A DNA stretch of 39,699 bases, taken from a virus. Below, in pieces: positions 1-11,197 of this stretch. The notes under the pieces are model-generated. The model was not told where the DNA came from. It searched no databases and saw only the letters and a list, made by a program, of their open reading frames with translations. Where the stretch lies: the UHGV virus genome UHGV-0270985, one strand, 5' to 3'. Positions within the stretch are counted from its first letter, which is position 1. Every line of letters starts with the position of its first letter. Position numbers and translations under genes: made by a program.

Positions 1-1009
1 AGTTCGTTCTTTGTCCCTCAATAAGCAGGCCATCACACTCAAATCGCGGCTCATTAATTTCCGCCGTTTTCAGTTCGCCAGATTTGTTGATATATGTTGC
101 CGTTGATGCGCGACTGAAATTAATCTGTTTATCACTGGCAACCTGAACCACATTATCGCCAATCTTCACTTTTTTATAACCCGGAGAATAGCCCGTAATC
201 ATATCCAGCGAATCATTAAAGGGTATCCACACATCCGGCAGCGGCTGTAAAACATATCTGTACGGCTCTGCTGTCTGGTTTGCGTATTCTCTGGCAGCAT
301 CTTCACTTGCTTTTGCTGCCGTCTGGCTTGCTGCCGATGCTTTCGCCGAGTTCGCCGCCGCTGTTTCGCTCACCTTTGCGTTGGCTTCACTGTCTTTGGC
401 ATTCGTCTCACTGGTTTTCGCTGCCGTCTGGCTGGATTTTGCGTTTTTTTCGCTGGCCTTTGTGGCTGTCTCGCTATTTTTCGCGTTGGTTTCTGATTTT
501 TTGGCTGCTGTCGCGGAGTTTGCCGATGCAGTCTGCGAGGCCGCTGCCGCCTGTGCGCTGTTAGCTGCATTCGTTTCTGAGGTTTTCGCCGCATTCTTCG
601 ATGAGGCTGCTGCCGTTTCGGATTTCTTTGCCGCCGCTGCACTCTGTGATGACGCTCCGGCATGACGTGCCACTTCATTCACCATCAGCTCAAAACGGCG
701 CAGTGCCTCCGGACGGGCATCATCCTCCGTCATGGCACCGAGAAAATCATTCAGCGTACCTGGTCTGGAACCTTCATAGACGGTAATGGTCCCGGCATGT
801 GAAGGTGGAAAACCTTCAACCAGCAGGGTGACGCTGTACTGGCCATACTCAACATCCATGCTGTAACGCCCGGCTTCATCCGGATTTTCAGAGGCCACCG
901 TGTTCACCACCACCGTGCTGCTGGTCCGTCTGGCCTTCAGCACAATGGTGCAGTTCTGTACTGGTTTTCCTGTGCCATCTTTAAGCACGCCAGAAATTTT
1001 TACTGTCAT
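1..1009 (-). CDS. stf: side tail fibre protein Stf, N-terminal ~336 codons; the gene runs off the window start
   Basis: Minus-strand ATG at 1007-1009, open frame to position 1. Translation starts MTVKISGVLKDGTGKPVQNCTIVLKARR..., matching the lambda Stf N-terminus from memory, followed by an Ala/Lys/Ser/Glu/Thr-rich heptad-repeat shaft. Not in the ORF track because no stop lies in the window. Confidence 0.8.
   Translation of the reverse strand, partial: MTVKISGVLKDGTGKPVQNCTIVLKARRTSSTVVVNTVASENPDEAGRYSMDVEYGQYSVTLLVEGFPPSHAGTITVYEGSRPGTLNDFLGAMTEDDARPEALRRFELMVNEVARHAGASSQSAAAAKKSETAAASSKNAAKTSETNAANSAQAAAASQTASANSATAAKKSETNAKNSETATKASEKNAKSSQTAAKTSETNAKDSEANAKVSETAAANSAKASAASQTAAKASEDAAREYANQTAEPYRYVLQPLPDVWIPFNDSLDMITGYSPGYKKVKIGDNVVQVASDKQINFSRASTATYINKSGELKTAEINEPRFECDGLLIEGQRTN
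330..690 (-). repeat. imperfect 21-bp tandem repeats encoding heptad repeats (consensus roughly A-K-x-S-E-T-N) of the Stf shaft
   Basis: Periodic GCx/AAA/TCx/GAA/ACx codon pattern visible directly; it generates the spurious ORFs in three other frames over 280-786. Confidence 0.6.
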
Positions 1010-1023
1010 ACTTTTCCACCAAT

Positions 1024-1054
1024 AAAAAAAGCCCGCAGCAGTGACGCCACGGGC
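1024..1054 (-). terminator. intrinsic terminator downstream of lom (minus-strand sense)
   Basis: GC stem gcccg...cgggc; the A7 run on the plus strand gives a U-run on the minus-strand transcript. Confidence 0.5.
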
Positions 1055-1160
1055 TTCAGGACAGTGTAACTTTACGTTTCCTCAAACGCAGTTCACCCCA
1101 TAAGGCGGATGAACCTGCGTATCATAACAATATTTACAGAAGATAAATCGGCGTCTGTTG

Positions 1161-1760
1161 TCAGAAACGGTATCCGATACCAACAATAAATGCATCCGTT
1201 CGCCAGTCGCCACTGCCGGAGCCTTCATAAGCAATATCAATGGCCACGGATTCGGTCGGGTTAAACTGCACGCCAGCTCCCCACGCCAGAGAGGTATTGC
1301 TGTGGCGACCGTCATCACTTCCGGTCAGCACATCGTGCGTTTTCCCCTTGTTGTCAGTTACGCGGAGATAATCCCCGGAGAAAGTCGACACACGGCTGTA
1401 AGCCACACCCGCGATCGCATACGCGCTGAACCATTCATTCACGCGCACAGACGGCCCCGCCATCACGCTGAACCAGCGGTTACGCACGGAATCTTCATGC
1501 CAGCGGGTATCGCTGTAATGCGTTTTTTGCTCATCTTTGGCATTGGCATAACTGAATGACGTCACCAGCCCCAGCGTGTCCGTAAATTCATAACGGTATT
1601 TCACGTTAATGCCCTTCAGGTCATCGCTGCCTGGCATATCAGTATGGGTCTGAAGATACCCGGCGCTTAGTGTGGACTGATGCTCTGCTGCGCTCGCTGG
1701 CGTACCAGCGGCAACCAGCCAGACTACTGCGGACAGAATAACAGCACATAATTTACGCAT
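1161..1760 (-). CDS. lom: Lom outer-membrane protein (Ail/Lom family)
   Basis: 199 aa with signal peptide (MRKLCAVILSAVVWLVAAGTPASA) and C-terminal aromatic residue typical of beta-barrel OMPs; sits downstream of J as in lambda. Confidence 0.9.
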   Translation of the reverse strand: MRKLCAVILSAVVWLVAAGTPASAAEHQSTLSAGYLQTHTDMPGSDDLKGINVKYRYEFTDTLGLVTSFSYANAKDEQKTHYSDTRWHEDSVRNRWFSVMAGPSVRVNEWFSAYAIAGVAYSRVSTFSGDYLRVTDNKGKTHDVLTGSDDGRHSNTSLAWGAGVQFNPTESVAIDIAYEGSGSGDWRTDAFIVGIGYRF

Positions 1761-1784
1761 AATTACCTCTCGCTTTTCTGCAAT

Positions 1785-1808
1785 AAAAAAGGCGCCATTT
1801 CTGGCGCC
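1785..1808 (-). terminator. intrinsic terminator between J and lom
   Basis: Stem ggcgcca/tggcgcc; the plus-strand A6 run gives a minus-strand U-tract. Confidence 0.5.
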
Positions 1809-1827
1809 CGTATTGGGGTTATAAAAT

Positions 1828-4800
1828 TCAGCTAATCGTGATGCCTGCAGTGGCTTTCTTCATCACAACAACCAGCAAATCGCTGATACTTGCTGTGGGA
1901 TACCAGCCATTTACCCACCATGCTGATACAGAAAACTCCAGCGTCATGTCGCCGCGACCAGCAGGCATATCAATAACACCACTGTAAACCAGCGTATTAT
2001 CCATCGCGGTACGGTTATAAATTTCAGCACCGTTTTTCTTCACTATCAGGCGGCATGACGAATAAGTATCGCTGTTCTCCCGCTCATGTCTGGCACCGCT
2101 GAAAGCCACCGCCGGAATAACAATCTGCCGGTTAAACGGCTGATCGTCATAAACCCTGACGGTAATGGTTCCTGATGGCCAACGCTTCGGTGCACGGGAG
2201 TCACGAGGGAAAGCCTTACCCACTGTTTTAACGAGATCGCCTTCAATCTGGTTTGCAGACAGTTTCCCTCTGATGACACAGTTCTCGTTAATGGTGACAT
2301 TATTGAGCGTGCCGGTATTCGCCGTGATGGCTCCACTGATATCCGCATTGCGGGCTGTCAGCCTGCCATCCGGCGTCAGGGAAAACGTCGGAGGATTGCC
2401 GGATGACGTGATGCTCACCGCAAACAGTCGCTTCAGGAACACGTCGTTCATGAACAGCTGATTCCCCTGCGCCACAAACAGCGGCGTGGTGTTGCCGTTC
2501 TCCGGGGTAATCATCGCAATGCGATCGGCCTGCAGCAGAATGTTACTCAGGGTCTGACCATCAACATCCTCAATCCCCGCACCAATCCCGGCCACATAGG
2601 GAATACCGTTTTTTGTTTTCTGCACCTTCAGCATATACATGGCATTCAGCTCATTGCGCGTGTCTGACTGAACCCGCTGGATTTGCTGTATGGTCACGGC
2701 CTGGTCACCCAGCTTTTTATCCGTGGTCGAGGTAATTTCACTCCCTTTTTTATCCACGTACTGGCGGACCTGTGCTATCTGTCGGGCGTTTTCTGACTGC
2801 CCCTGGCTGACAGTCTGTGAGATTTCACTGCTCACCCGGTCCACTTTCTGGCTCACCTGCGCGATGGCCAGTGTCTGATCCTCATTCTTTTTCGCAACCA
2901 GCTGCGTGAGGCTGTTTTCCGCCTTCCCGATTTTCCGGGTCACTTCTGCGATATCCGTGTCCATCCGCTGACGGATATCTTCTTCCAGTTGCGTGACCTC
3001 CGTACGCAGCGCTGAAGCATCAATGCGCTCTTTCAGTGCCTGACCCAGAAGCGTCTCATCTATCAGCCCCCGGAAAATTTCCAGATACCCTTCACCATCA
3101 TTGCTGGGCTGCCCGCTGGCTTCCACAAAAGCAGATTTTCCCACCAGGTTGACGCTTCGCACGTAAAACCAGAAATCCGTACCCGGCTTAATCCGGCTCC
3201 CCTGGACAGTCCACTGACTGCCGGTCCCCAGATAACGGGCAGATTTTTCCACCTGTGCTGTGTTCGTGATGCGTTTTTCTGAGAACCAGAATTCAAACTG
3301 TACCGTCGGGTCATACACCGCAAGACGCGGGACCGCCGTTATCTGAAAATACCCCGGCGTCAGCTCAATGGTGGCGGGTTTTGCAGGTGCGTTAATCCGG
3401 AACGATACCGACGCCGGATCGCCCTGCTGTCCCCGGGCATTTACCGCCCGGACCGTCAGCGTGTAACGCCCCAGCGCCAGCTGCCTGAAGCGGTAAGTGG
3501 TTTCCGCCGTCCGGGCCGTGCTGACCAGCCGCTCACTGCCGTCATCCGCTGTTACGGTCAGACGGAGCAGGAAGCTCACGCCCTTCACCACCTTCGGCGT
3601 GTCCCAGCGCGCCAGCACCTGATATTCCCCGCTGTCTGCGGTGACTTCGGCGGTCAGGTGCTGCACCGCTGGCGGCGTGACACCATTCACCGTGCCGCTC
3701 TGGTCGCCGTCAAAGTGCGCTCCGTTATCCACGATGGCCTCTTTTTCCGGTACATGCTGCACGGCGGTGATGGCATACGCACCGTCATCGTTCTCCCGGA
3801 TACTCACACAGCGGAACAGGCGCTGGCGCAGCGTCGGCAGCTTCAGCCCCCACACGCTGTATTCGGCAACGCCGTCAGGAATACGGCTCACTTTCACCTT
3901 CACGCCGTCGGTGACGGACTGGACCTCCACGCTGACCGGATTCCCACTTCCGTCAACCAGGCTTATCAGCGTGGTGCCGGAGGATGACAGCATGATTTCA
4001 CGGTCGAGCGTCAGCGTCCGGGTCTGGCTGTTCACCGCCAGCACGCGCCCGCCGGTGCTGATACCGGCATAGTCATCATCACAGATTTCAATGACATCGC
4101 CCGGAACATGGCGAAGCCCTTCTGCGCCGACGCTGAAGTCCACGGTCTGCGTTTCCAGCAGTTCTGTTTTAATCAGCCACAGCCCGGCGCGGTGTGCCTG
4201 CCCCCGGCTGGTACAGCCAAAGGCATCCATCTTCGTGACGTTACGACCGTAACGGGCAATGGCCTGCGTGTCCTCCACAAGCTCTGTTGCCGTCTCCCAG
4301 CCGTTATCCGGGTCAATCCAGTTCACCTCAACGGCATTATGGCGGTCCTTCAGGGCGCTGAAGCTGTAGCGGAACGGCGCGCCATCATCCGGCATCACCA
4401 CATTACTGCGGTTATAGGTCCACACCTTATCCGACGGTCGGTCCTGCACGAACGTCAGCGTCTGCCCGTTCCATACCGGCATACAGCGCATCGCCGAGCA
4501 AAAATCACTGAGCACATCCCACGCCTTGCGCTGTGTGGTCAGGTACGCATTACAGGTGATGCGCGGCTCCGTGCCGCCAAAGCCGTCCGGCACTGACTGG
4601 TCGCAGTACTGGCCGATGACATACAGCGCCCATTTATCCACATCCGCTGCACCAAGACGTTTCCCCATGCCGTAGCGCGGATGGGTCAGCATATCCCACA
4701 GACACCAGGCCATGTTGTTGCTGTATGCCGGTTTAAACGTTCCGTCCCAGATACCGCTGTATTGCCGCGTCTGCGGGTTATAATTCGACGGCACCTGCAG

Positions 4801-5526
4801 AATACGCCCGCGCAGATGATAATTACGGCTCACCTGCTGGCTGCCGAACTGTTCCGAGTCCACCTGTACGCCGACCAGTGCCGTGTTCGGGTAGCACTGT
4901 TTCACATCGATGATTTCGGTGTATGACGACCAGAGCGTTTTGTTCTGCAGCTGGTCTGTGGTGCTGTCCGGCGTCATCCTGCGCATCCGGATATTAAACG
5001 GGCGCGGCGGCAGGTTATCCACCACCACCGAGGCCAGATACTGCGAGGTGGTTTTGCCTTTAATGGTGATGTCTTTTTCCGTCACCCAGCCACCATTACG
5101 CTGTATCTGAACCAGCAGGCGGACTTCCGACGGATTCCGGTCACCCTTTGAGGTGGTTTCCACCAGTGCCTGCACACCGAAGGTAAAGCGCAGACGGTCG
5201 ATGTTTGCCGACGTGATGGTGCGGGTGATCGGCGTGTCATATTTCACTTCTGTACCGAGCACCGTCTCGGAGCCGGAGGATTCAAAACCTTCCGGCGGTG
5301 TCTGCTCCTGCTCACCTGCCCGGAACACCACCGTGACGCCGGAGATGTTGGTATTCCCCTCACTGTCCAGCACCGGCGTACTGTTCAGCAGCACGCTTTT
5401 TAATCCATCCACCGGACCTTCAATCGGCCCTTCGCTGATGGCATCAATCACACTCAGCAGTTGCGTGGACTTCAGGTTGTCCTTCGCTTCGCGCGGGGTA
5501 TGCCCCTTACTGCTTCCTTTGCCCAT
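1828..5526 (-). CDS. J: tail tip / host specificity protein J
   Basis: 1232 aa; starts [43 protein letters not shown], the conserved lambda gpJ N-terminus; position after I. Confidence 0.95.
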   Translation of the reverse strand: MGKGSSKGHTPREAKDNLKSTQLLSVIDAISEGPIEGPVDGLKSVLLNSTPVLDSEGNTNISGVTVVFRAGEQEQTPPEGFESSGSETVLGTEVKYDTPITRTITSANIDRLRFTFGVQALVETTSKGDRNPSEVRLLVQIQRNGGWVTEKDITIKGKTTSQYLASVVVDNLPPRPFNIRMRRMTPDSTTDQLQNKTLWSSYTEIIDVKQCYPNTALVGVQVDSEQFGSQQVSRNYHLRGRILQVPSNYNPQTRQYSGIWDGTFKPAYSNNMAWCLWDMLTHPRYGMGKRLGAADVDKWALYVIGQYCDQSVPDGFGGTEPRITCNAYLTTQRKAWDVLSDFCSAMRCMPVWNGQTLTFVQDRPSDKVWTYNRSNVVMPDDGAPFRYSFSALKDRHNAVEVNWIDPDNGWETATELVEDTQAIARYGRNVTKMDAFGCTSRGQAHRAGLWLIKTELLETQTVDFSVGAEGLRHVPGDVIEICDDDYAGISTGGRVLAVNSQTRTLTLDREIMLSSSGTTLISLVDGSGNPVSVEVQSVTDGVKVKVSRIPDGVAEYSVWGLKLPTLRQRLFRCVSIRENDDGAYAITAVQHVPEKEAIVDNGAHFDGDQSGTVNGVTPPAVQHLTAEVTADSGEYQVLARWDTPKVVKGVSFLLRLTVTADDGSERLVSTARTAETTYRFRQLALGRYTLTVRAVNARGQQGDPASVSFRINAPAKPATIELTPGYFQITAVPRLAVYDPTVQFEFWFSEKRITNTAQVEKSARYLGTGSQWTVQGSRIKPGTDFWFYVRSVNLVGKSAFVEASGQPSNDGEGYLEIFRGLIDETLLGQALKERIDASALRTEVTQLEEDIRQRMDTDIAEVTRKIGKAENSLTQLVAKKNEDQTLAIAQVSQKVDRVSSEISQTVSQGQSENARQIAQVRQYVDKKGSEITSTTDKKLGDQAVTIQQIQRVQSDTRNELNAMYMLKVQKTKNGIPYVAGIGAGIEDVDGQTLSNILLQADRIAMITPENGNTTPLFVAQGNQLFMNDVFLKRLFAVSITSSGNPPTFSLTPDGRLTARNADISGAITANTGTLNNVTINENCVIRGKLSANQIEGDLVKTVGKAFPRDSRAPKRWPSGTITVRVYDDQPFNRQIVIPAVAFSGARHERENSDTYSSCRLIVKKNGAEIYNRTAMDNTLVYSGVIDMPAGRGDMTLEFSVSAWWVNGWYPTASISDLLVVVMKKATAGITIS

Positions 5527-5545
5527 TCGTCATGCTCCATAAACG

Positions 5546-5565
5546 ACAAAACCGCCCGGAGGCGG
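5546..5565 (-). terminator. weak hairpin plus U-tract between I and J, possible attenuator
   Basis: Stem ccgcc-cgga-ggcgg; minus strand reads hairpin then ttttgtcgttt. Confidence 0.3.
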
Positions 5566-5586
5566 TTTCACATGAAATATTTTGCA

Positions 5587-6234
5587 TCAGCGGCCAATCA
5601 CCACAACCTGACCACCGTCCCCTTCATCTGCCGTGCTGATCTCCTGAGAAACCACACGAGACCCCACGCGCATTTCACCGTACAGAACAGGCAGAACATT
5701 GCCCTGGGCAACCATGTTATCCAGTGATGAGAAATAGGTGTTCTGCTTACCGTTATCCGTGCTGGTCGCTGTGGGCGTCCGGGCTTTCGGTGCCAGCATC
5801 TGGGCCACACCACCCAGGATCATACTGGCCCCTGCCGCATACATGCCCGATACAGCCGCGGCACCCAGCCAGCCCACAGGGTTCCACCATGCCACCGCAA
5901 TCAGCGCCGCCCCCAGCACCACCTGAAACACACCGCCACTTTTAGCTCCCGCCAGACGCGGCACGATGTGGATCACGGCACCATTTGCCAGCGGCTCATT
6001 AAGACGGGCAGATAATTCGGTTTCACCTGCATCACGCCCGGCAATGCGCACCTGATACCAGCCGTCATTCAGTTTCTGACGAAACGCCGGGAGCTGTGTG
6101 GACAACGCCCGGATGGCTTCAGCCCCCGTTTTTACACGAAGGTCGATGCGGCGGCCAAATCGTTGTAAATCCCCGTAAAGGCAGATGCGTGCCATGCCCG
6201 GTGACGCCAGAGGGAGTGTGTGCGTCGCTGCCAT
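5587..6234 (-). CDS. I: tail assembly protein I
   Basis: 215 aa; lambda gpI-like sequence with Gly/Ala-rich hydrophobic central segment; position between K and J. Confidence 0.85.
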   Translation of the reverse strand: MAATHTLPLASPGMARICLYGDLQRFGRRIDLRVKTGAEAIRALSTQLPAFRQKLNDGWYQVRIAGRDAGETELSARLNEPLANGAVIHIVPRLAGAKSGGVFQVVLGAALIAVAWWNPVGWLGAAAVSGMYAAGASMILGGVAQMLAPKARTPTATSTDNGKQNTYFSSLDNMVAQGNVLPVLYGEMRVGSRVVSQEISTADEGDGGQVVVIGR

Positions 6235-6875
6235 TTGTCGGTATACCTCTCTCGTTTGCTCAGTTGTTCAGGAATATGGTGCAACAGCTCACCGTCGCCG
6301 CAGTAAATGGCGGCATGATTCGGCACCGATGAACCAAAACAGCACAGCAGCACATCGCCCGGCTGCGCCGCTGACAACGGCACCTGATACAGCCCTGTGG
6401 CCTCCAGATTATCCAGATAGAGATTCTGGCCGTTACACCACCAGTCATCCTCACGATGAAAGTCCGGCATCTCAATCCCCGCCAGATGATAAGCATCCCG
6501 GAACAGCGTGTAACAGTCCGTCGCCCCGTGCTCAAAGCGCCGCCCGGTAAGATGCGGCACACAGCGGAATTTATGAATCTCACCCCGGCAGACCAGCCAC
6601 CAAGGCAAATCGCTCTGCACCTGCAGCCGCCTGTCAGCCTCACTCAGCCAGGGCAGGCCACCGGGGTGGCTGTGGACCAGCGCCACAATCTCACCCTGCA
6701 TCTCTGCCCGCAGCCAGTCCTCCGGCGACATCCGGAAATACGCCTCCGGCTCACCGGAGATATTCACGCAGGGAAAATATCTTTCCCCTTCCGGCGTTCT
6801 CACCACGAAGCCGCACGACTCCGCTGGCGCACATCGCCGGGCGTGCGCCAGAATCGCTGATTCTGTCTGTGTCAT
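6132..6875 (-). CDS. K: minor tail protein K (JAMM/MPN plus NlpC/P60-like domains)
   Basis: Start taken at internal ATG (MTQTESAILAHARRCAPAESCGFVV) at 6873-6875, not the track start. Contains the JAMM-like motif ALVHSHPGG. The 3' end overlaps the I start by about 100 nt in another frame. Confidence 0.8.
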   Translation of the reverse strand: MTQTESAILAHARRCAPAESCGFVVRTPEGERYFPCVNISGEPEAYFRMSPEDWLRAEMQGEIVALVHSHPGGLPWLSEADRRLQVQSDLPWWLVCRGEIHKFRCVPHLTGRRFEHGATDCYTLFRDAYHLAGIEMPDFHREDDWWCNGQNLYLDNLEATGLYQVPLSAAQPGDVLLCCFGSSVPNHAAIYCGDGELLHHIPEQLSKRERYTDKWQRRTHSLWRHRAWHASAFTGIYNDLAAASTFV

Positions 6876-6879
6876 GGGA

Positions 6880-7578
6880 TTACTGCGAAAGTTTGTTAAT
6901 GGAAAGGAAGCCGCCAAAGTTGCCGACGTTATTGCGAAACTTACAGCCGCTCAGGCATTTGCTGCATTTATCCTTCGTGATATCGGACGTCGGCTGGTCA
7001 TATTCATCCGCAACCGCCGGACCGTGATAACCGCACTCATCACCGCGATAGGTCCAGGTGCAGGTGTTGGCCAGCATGGTACGTCCCGGAAAAACAGCAC
7101 CATCCGTTTCCGTCGGCGTGGACAGTACAAAAGAGGCACTCACCGCGCTCAGTTCGCTGCACTGCTCGATGCGCCAGCGGCTGATCACCTCCTGCTCTGG
7201 ATCGGCTTCGCTGTTTCCGTTGACGAAGTTCACCACATCCAGAAAACGGGCGTAAACCTTACGCCTGACCACCGTTCCGCCGACCAGACTCTGCAGGTCT
7301 TCCGCCATCCCGGTGACCATGCCGTGCAGATTAGAGACTTTCAGCGTTGGCCTTGCACTGGCTCCTTTGCCGTTCATCTCAAATCCACTTCCCTGAATGG
7401 GATAGGCCTGATACTGCCGCCCCTGCCAGGTGACTGGTTCACCTTTTTCGTTCTGCTCATTACAGAAGAAATAACGATCTCCGCCGACCTCTGTCAGATC
7501 AATTTCCCAGAGCACGACCAGCGCGGATTGCTCCGTTTTAGTGCACTCATTGAGTGTTTCCTGCTGTATATCCTGCAT
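6880..7578 (-). CDS. L: minor tail protein L
   Basis: 232 aa starting MQDIQQETLNECTKTEQSALVVLWEIDLTEVGG, lambda gpL-like, with C-terminal Cys cluster. Confidence 0.9.
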   Translation of the reverse strand: MQDIQQETLNECTKTEQSALVVLWEIDLTEVGGDRYFFCNEQNEKGEPVTWQGRQYQAYPIQGSGFEMNGKGASARPTLKVSNLHGMVTGMAEDLQSLVGGTVVRRKVYARFLDVVNFVNGNSEADPEQEVISRWRIEQCSELSAVSASFVLSTPTETDGAVFPGRTMLANTCTWTYRGDECGYHGPAVADEYDQPTSDITKDKCSKCLSGCKFRNNVGNFGGFLSINKLSQ

Positions 7579-7877
7579 CAGTGAGTGACCTCTTCAAAGG
7601 TACAGTTAAAATCGGTATACATGGCATTATCCGAAATGCTCCACTCCCTGCAGACAACCCGGACAGTCCTGTTGTGTTTTGGCGGACGCCACAAAAAAGC
7701 ACGAACCCCGGCATGACGGGATAAAAAACTGTCCAGCGCGGCACGGGAATATTCATCCGTGACACGAAATACCGGTTTAAACGTTTTCAGATCTGCATTC
7801 AGACCACCAGCCCGTCGCTGTTCATATCCGTCACCGAACTTTACCGTAATAACAGATGGCTTTCGTGTCGTCTCCAT
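7578..7877 (-). CDS. M: minor tail protein M
   Basis: Start taken at internal ATG (METTRKPSVITVKFGDGYEQRRAGGLNADLKT) at 7875-7877; the track start would overlap H. 99 aa, lambda gpM-like. Confidence 0.75.
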   Translation of the reverse strand: METTRKPSVITVKFGDGYEQRRAGGLNADLKTFKPVFRVTDEYSRAALDSFLSRHAGVRAFLWRPPKHNRTVRVVCREWSISDNAMYTDFNCTFEEVTH

Positions 7878-7911
7878 CCCCTCGCGGGGGATCCAGTTAA
7901 AAACTTCAGAC

Positions 7912-10900
7912 TCAGGCACTGCATAATCCTCCGTCCCGACGTGATGACTGCATAATTGACACAACCCTGCTGTCGATCAGATCCACCAGTCCCCTGGCTG
8001 AGCGCGCATCTATCTCGCCATTGCTCCCTTGATTCTGAATGCTGATGTGATACACGGGAGAATAAACAAATCCACCGCCACCATTCACATTTCCAATGGC
8101 CCTGACCCCAAGAGAGCCGTCCGCTGCCCGTGTCAGTGGCATGATTGCTTCAGGCCCGGCCTCGCCCATCAGCCCGGCACCTTTCGCAAAAGCAAAATAC
8201 GTCGGGGTATCCACAATGGTGTTACTGTAAGCACTCAGATTTGCCGATGTATAAACACCACCTTTTGCGTTTGCCACTGCACCGGAAAGCCAGTCGCCGA
8301 CTGTACCAAGCCATCCTCCGGCACCGGACATGCTTTTGGAAAGTGACTTCAGCCCGTTAACGATGGCAGCGTTCATCAGAATTTTTGAAACTTCCTGGAG
8401 AATTGAACTCCCCCAGTTTCTCCAGTCCACAACATTTCCGGCCAGTGCATCGGAAATATTTGATACCAGCCCGTCCATAGTGGAAACGACAGCATCTGCC
8501 GCCTGCGAAGCATAATCGGTGGCACTGTCTGCCCAGTTCGTCAGTCCCTCCTGGAGTCCGGCATTCCAGTTACTGCGTAAAGCATCAGCCTTTGCATAAT
8601 AATCCTGCTGATCGCTGAGACGCTCTTCCAGATATTTTTCATTCAGAGATTTTTCCTGTTTCCACAGGGCTTCTTCAATTTCTCCGGCCTGATACTGTCT
8701 CAGTAGCTCGTTATTTTTCTGCTCAAACTCCTGCCGGATGCTCCACATTTCCTGAAGTCGTTCACGCATCCGTGAGCCTTCACCATATCCCAGTAACTGA
8801 GCCTCATTTGATGCTCTGACACTGGCATTACTGTCCGCCAGACTGCTCTCATACGCAGCAAGCTGCTCACGAATCTTTTTCTGGTCGATGAGTGCTGCAT
8901 TCTGCAAAAGCGTTTTTTTCTGCGCTTCTGACAGGGTTGATAATTCGCCCTGGCTGACCTGATATTTCATCTTAGCCAGTTCAGTATTCTGCCCTGCCAG
9001 TGCTATTTGCTCTTTTTGCTGTTTAATCAGTTGCTTATAAGTATCTTCTATTTTTTCCGCTTCGGTCTTTTTATGCGCTTTGGGTTTATTTGCCTGGTTA
9101 TTTCGCCATGCATCCAGTGAGTTATTTATATAATTCAGTCTTGCTGTCTGATACGCCTCTCCCACAAAGCCGAGATCATCCGCAGCATAACCCAGGCGGG
9201 CACGCTCACGAGCTTCCCCCTTCAGGCGGGACAGAGCCAGTTCGCGCTCGCTGTTATTCAGTGCGGTCTGCTGTTTATCATCCAGGGTTGCCTGTGGTAG
9301 CCGTAACGGTACATTCACCAGCCCCTGTCGCTGCTGAAGTAATTCATTACCGAGCCCGAGAAGGCGATTAAACTCGGTATGCTGCCCATTCATGATCAAC
9401 AGGGACTGATACGCTTTGTTTTGTTCCGCTGCCTGTTGACGGATCAACGCCACCCGTCGCTCCTCCAGCCCGGCAAGCACATCCTGAATGGATTGCGCTT
9501 TGCCCTGCATTTGAGTGAGGCGAGACTGTTCAACTGCCAGTTGATTTGTTGCTTCTGCAAGCCCTTCTGTGACAGTTTTTACCGACGTCATGTGGTTAAT
9601 CATAAAACCGTTATCGGTTGTCCAGCCCGGGTTTGCCAGCACATACTGATAGCCAGCAATTTTTTCCTGTAAGGATTTAATCTTACTTTTCTGCTCGTCA
9701 ATTAACCTGTTTTGCTCCTTCAGTGCCTGTCGCGTCTTTTCCTCATTATCTGACGCTTCAGGAAGCGACATTGCCGACGTTTTCTGGCGAATTTCGTCGA
9801 TTGTTGCGGCATACTGTCGTGCAGATTCTCTGGCCTGCTCCTGATTCTGATACATCGTGTACCAGGCCGCAGCCCCCAGCATGACGAGTCCCGGCACACC
9901 ACCAACCAGCCCCAGCGCGCCACTTAATAAACGACTCCCCACTGACGTAACATTATTCAGCGTTGTCTGTGCCGCTGTTCTGGCCGCAATATTACGGGTA
10001 AGTGACACCTGGGCAGCTGTCAGCTTCGCTTCTGCTGCGGCCTGCCTTTCGGTACCGCGAGCAGCAACAACCGCCTGTTGCGCACGATAAACCGCCGCAC
10101 GCGCCCTGGCGGTTGCTATCTGTGTCCCCCGAAGTTGCACTTCAGCAAGAGCCACTTCGTTTCTGGCTGCAGTAATTAATCCGGCAGTTGCAGATCCAGC
10201 AGACGACGCCATATTGCCAAAATATCGGGCTACCCCGACGGCAACCAGAGCACCAGCAGCGGTTGCCACGGTGTCAATATTGCCTGCAATACCATTCAGC
10301 ACACCGGAGAGCGTCTTCGTCACTCCGCTTGCCTCGTTCGCACCACCAACCCAGGCCATAAAGGCGTTTTCAACTTTGGTTGCAGAGGATGAAACCGTAT
10401 CAGGCATTGCTGCATATTCATCACGCAACGCCCCAAGCTGACTAATCAGTGCAGGAACAACCTTATCGGCGGTCAGTTTTCCGTTATCCGCCATGGCCTT
10501 CAGATCCTTACGGGCAACCCCCATTCCCGCAGCCAGCGCACGAATAACACGATCGCCGTTCTCATTCACCGAGTTAAACTCTTCACCGCGCAGCACTCCC
10601 TGCGCCAGTGCCTGACTGAACTGCGTGATCACCGAACTGGCTTCTGCTGTACTGGCACCGGATAATTTCAGGCCCGTGGAGATCGCCTCGGTGACTTTCA
10701 GTACCTCCTCAGAACTGTAACCATACTCCCGCATGGAAGCTGCAGAACGGGCAAAAAGGCTGGCGTTATCAGAAAACGCCGTCCCCGTTCTCTGGCTGAT
10801 CGCCATTAATTCACGCTGTGATGACTGAAAATCATCACTGGACTGTGAGGCCTGCTTCAGACGGGCATTTACTGAATTCCACTCATCGGCGAGAGAAATA

Positions 10901-11157
10901 AGATGACCGGTAGCAAAAGCCCCGGCAAATGCCCCCGCCATGTTCAGTGCCGAAGATTTAGCTGTATTTATCTGATCCGTCACTTCTGCCAGTGCACGCC
11001 GCATTTCACGGGATGCAGCAGCGGACTGTCGGCCTCCGTTCTGCATGGTACGGTAGTAATCCTGCCCCATACGCGAAGCCCGGGAGATCTCTGACTGGAA
11101 TGACCGGGAATTTGCCGAGATTTTAATAATCAGTTCACGTAATGTCGCCACACTCAT
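7912..11157 (-). CDS. H: tail tape measure protein H
   Basis: 1081 aa, Ala/Gln-rich helical protein with predicted TM segment, directly downstream of G/T. Confidence 0.9.
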   Translation of the reverse strand: MSVATLRELIIKISANSRSFQSEISRASRMGQDYYRTMQNGGRQSAAASREMRRALAEVTDQINTAKSSALNMAGAFAGAFATGHLISLADEWNSVNARLKQASQSSDDFQSSQRELMAISQRTGTAFSDNASLFARSAASMREYGYSSEEVLKVTEAISTGLKLSGASTAEASSVITQFSQALAQGVLRGEEFNSVNENGDRVIRALAAGMGVARKDLKAMADNGKLTADKVVPALISQLGALRDEYAAMPDTVSSSATKVENAFMAWVGGANEASGVTKTLSGVLNGIAGNIDTVATAAGALVAVGVARYFGNMASSAGSATAGLITAARNEVALAEVQLRGTQIATARARAAVYRAQQAVVAARGTERQAAAEAKLTAAQVSLTRNIAARTAAQTTLNNVTSVGSRLLSGALGLVGGVPGLVMLGAAAWYTMYQNQEQARESARQYAATIDEIRQKTSAMSLPEASDNEEKTRQALKEQNRLIDEQKSKIKSLQEKIAGYQYVLANPGWTTDNGFMINHMTSVKTVTEGLAEATNQLAVEQSRLTQMQGKAQSIQDVLAGLEERRVALIRQQAAEQNKAYQSLLIMNGQHTEFNRLLGLGNELLQQRQGLVNVPLRLPQATLDDKQQTALNNSERELALSRLKGEARERARLGYAADDLGFVGEAYQTARLNYINNSLDAWRNNQANKPKAHKKTEAEKIEDTYKQLIKQQKEQIALAGQNTELAKMKYQVSQGELSTLSEAQKKTLLQNAALIDQKKIREQLAAYESSLADSNASVRASNEAQLLGYGEGSRMRERLQEMWSIRQEFEQKNNELLRQYQAGEIEEALWKQEKSLNEKYLEERLSDQQDYYAKADALRSNWNAGLQEGLTNWADSATDYASQAADAVVSTMDGLVSNISDALAGNVVDWRNWGSSILQEVSKILMNAAIVNGLKSLSKSMSGAGGWLGTVGDWLSGAVANAKGGVYTSANLSAYSNTIVDTPTYFAFAKGAGLMGEAGPEAIMPLTRAADGSLGVRAIGNVNGGGGFVYSPVYHISIQNQGSNGEIDARSARGLVDLIDSRVVSIMQSSRRDGGLCSA

Positions 11158-11197
11158 TCTCCGGACGAAAAAAAACCGCCGAAGCGGTTATGTTGAC

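Noticed and set aside
280-786. Four overlapping ORFs in the track (280..564 +, 370..678 -, 381..665 +, 601..786 +) with low-complexity translations
   Set aside because: They lie inside the stf repeat array; the real frame is the minus-strand Stf frame starting at 1007-1009, and these are frame artefacts of the 21-bp repeat.
1828-11157. Numerous plus-strand ORFs of 60-160 aa inside J, I, K, L and H (for example 3641..4072, 4108..4596, 8029..8346, 9379..9672)
   Set aside because: Antisense shadow ORFs inside long, well-supported minus-strand genes; no ribosome-binding sites or independent support.
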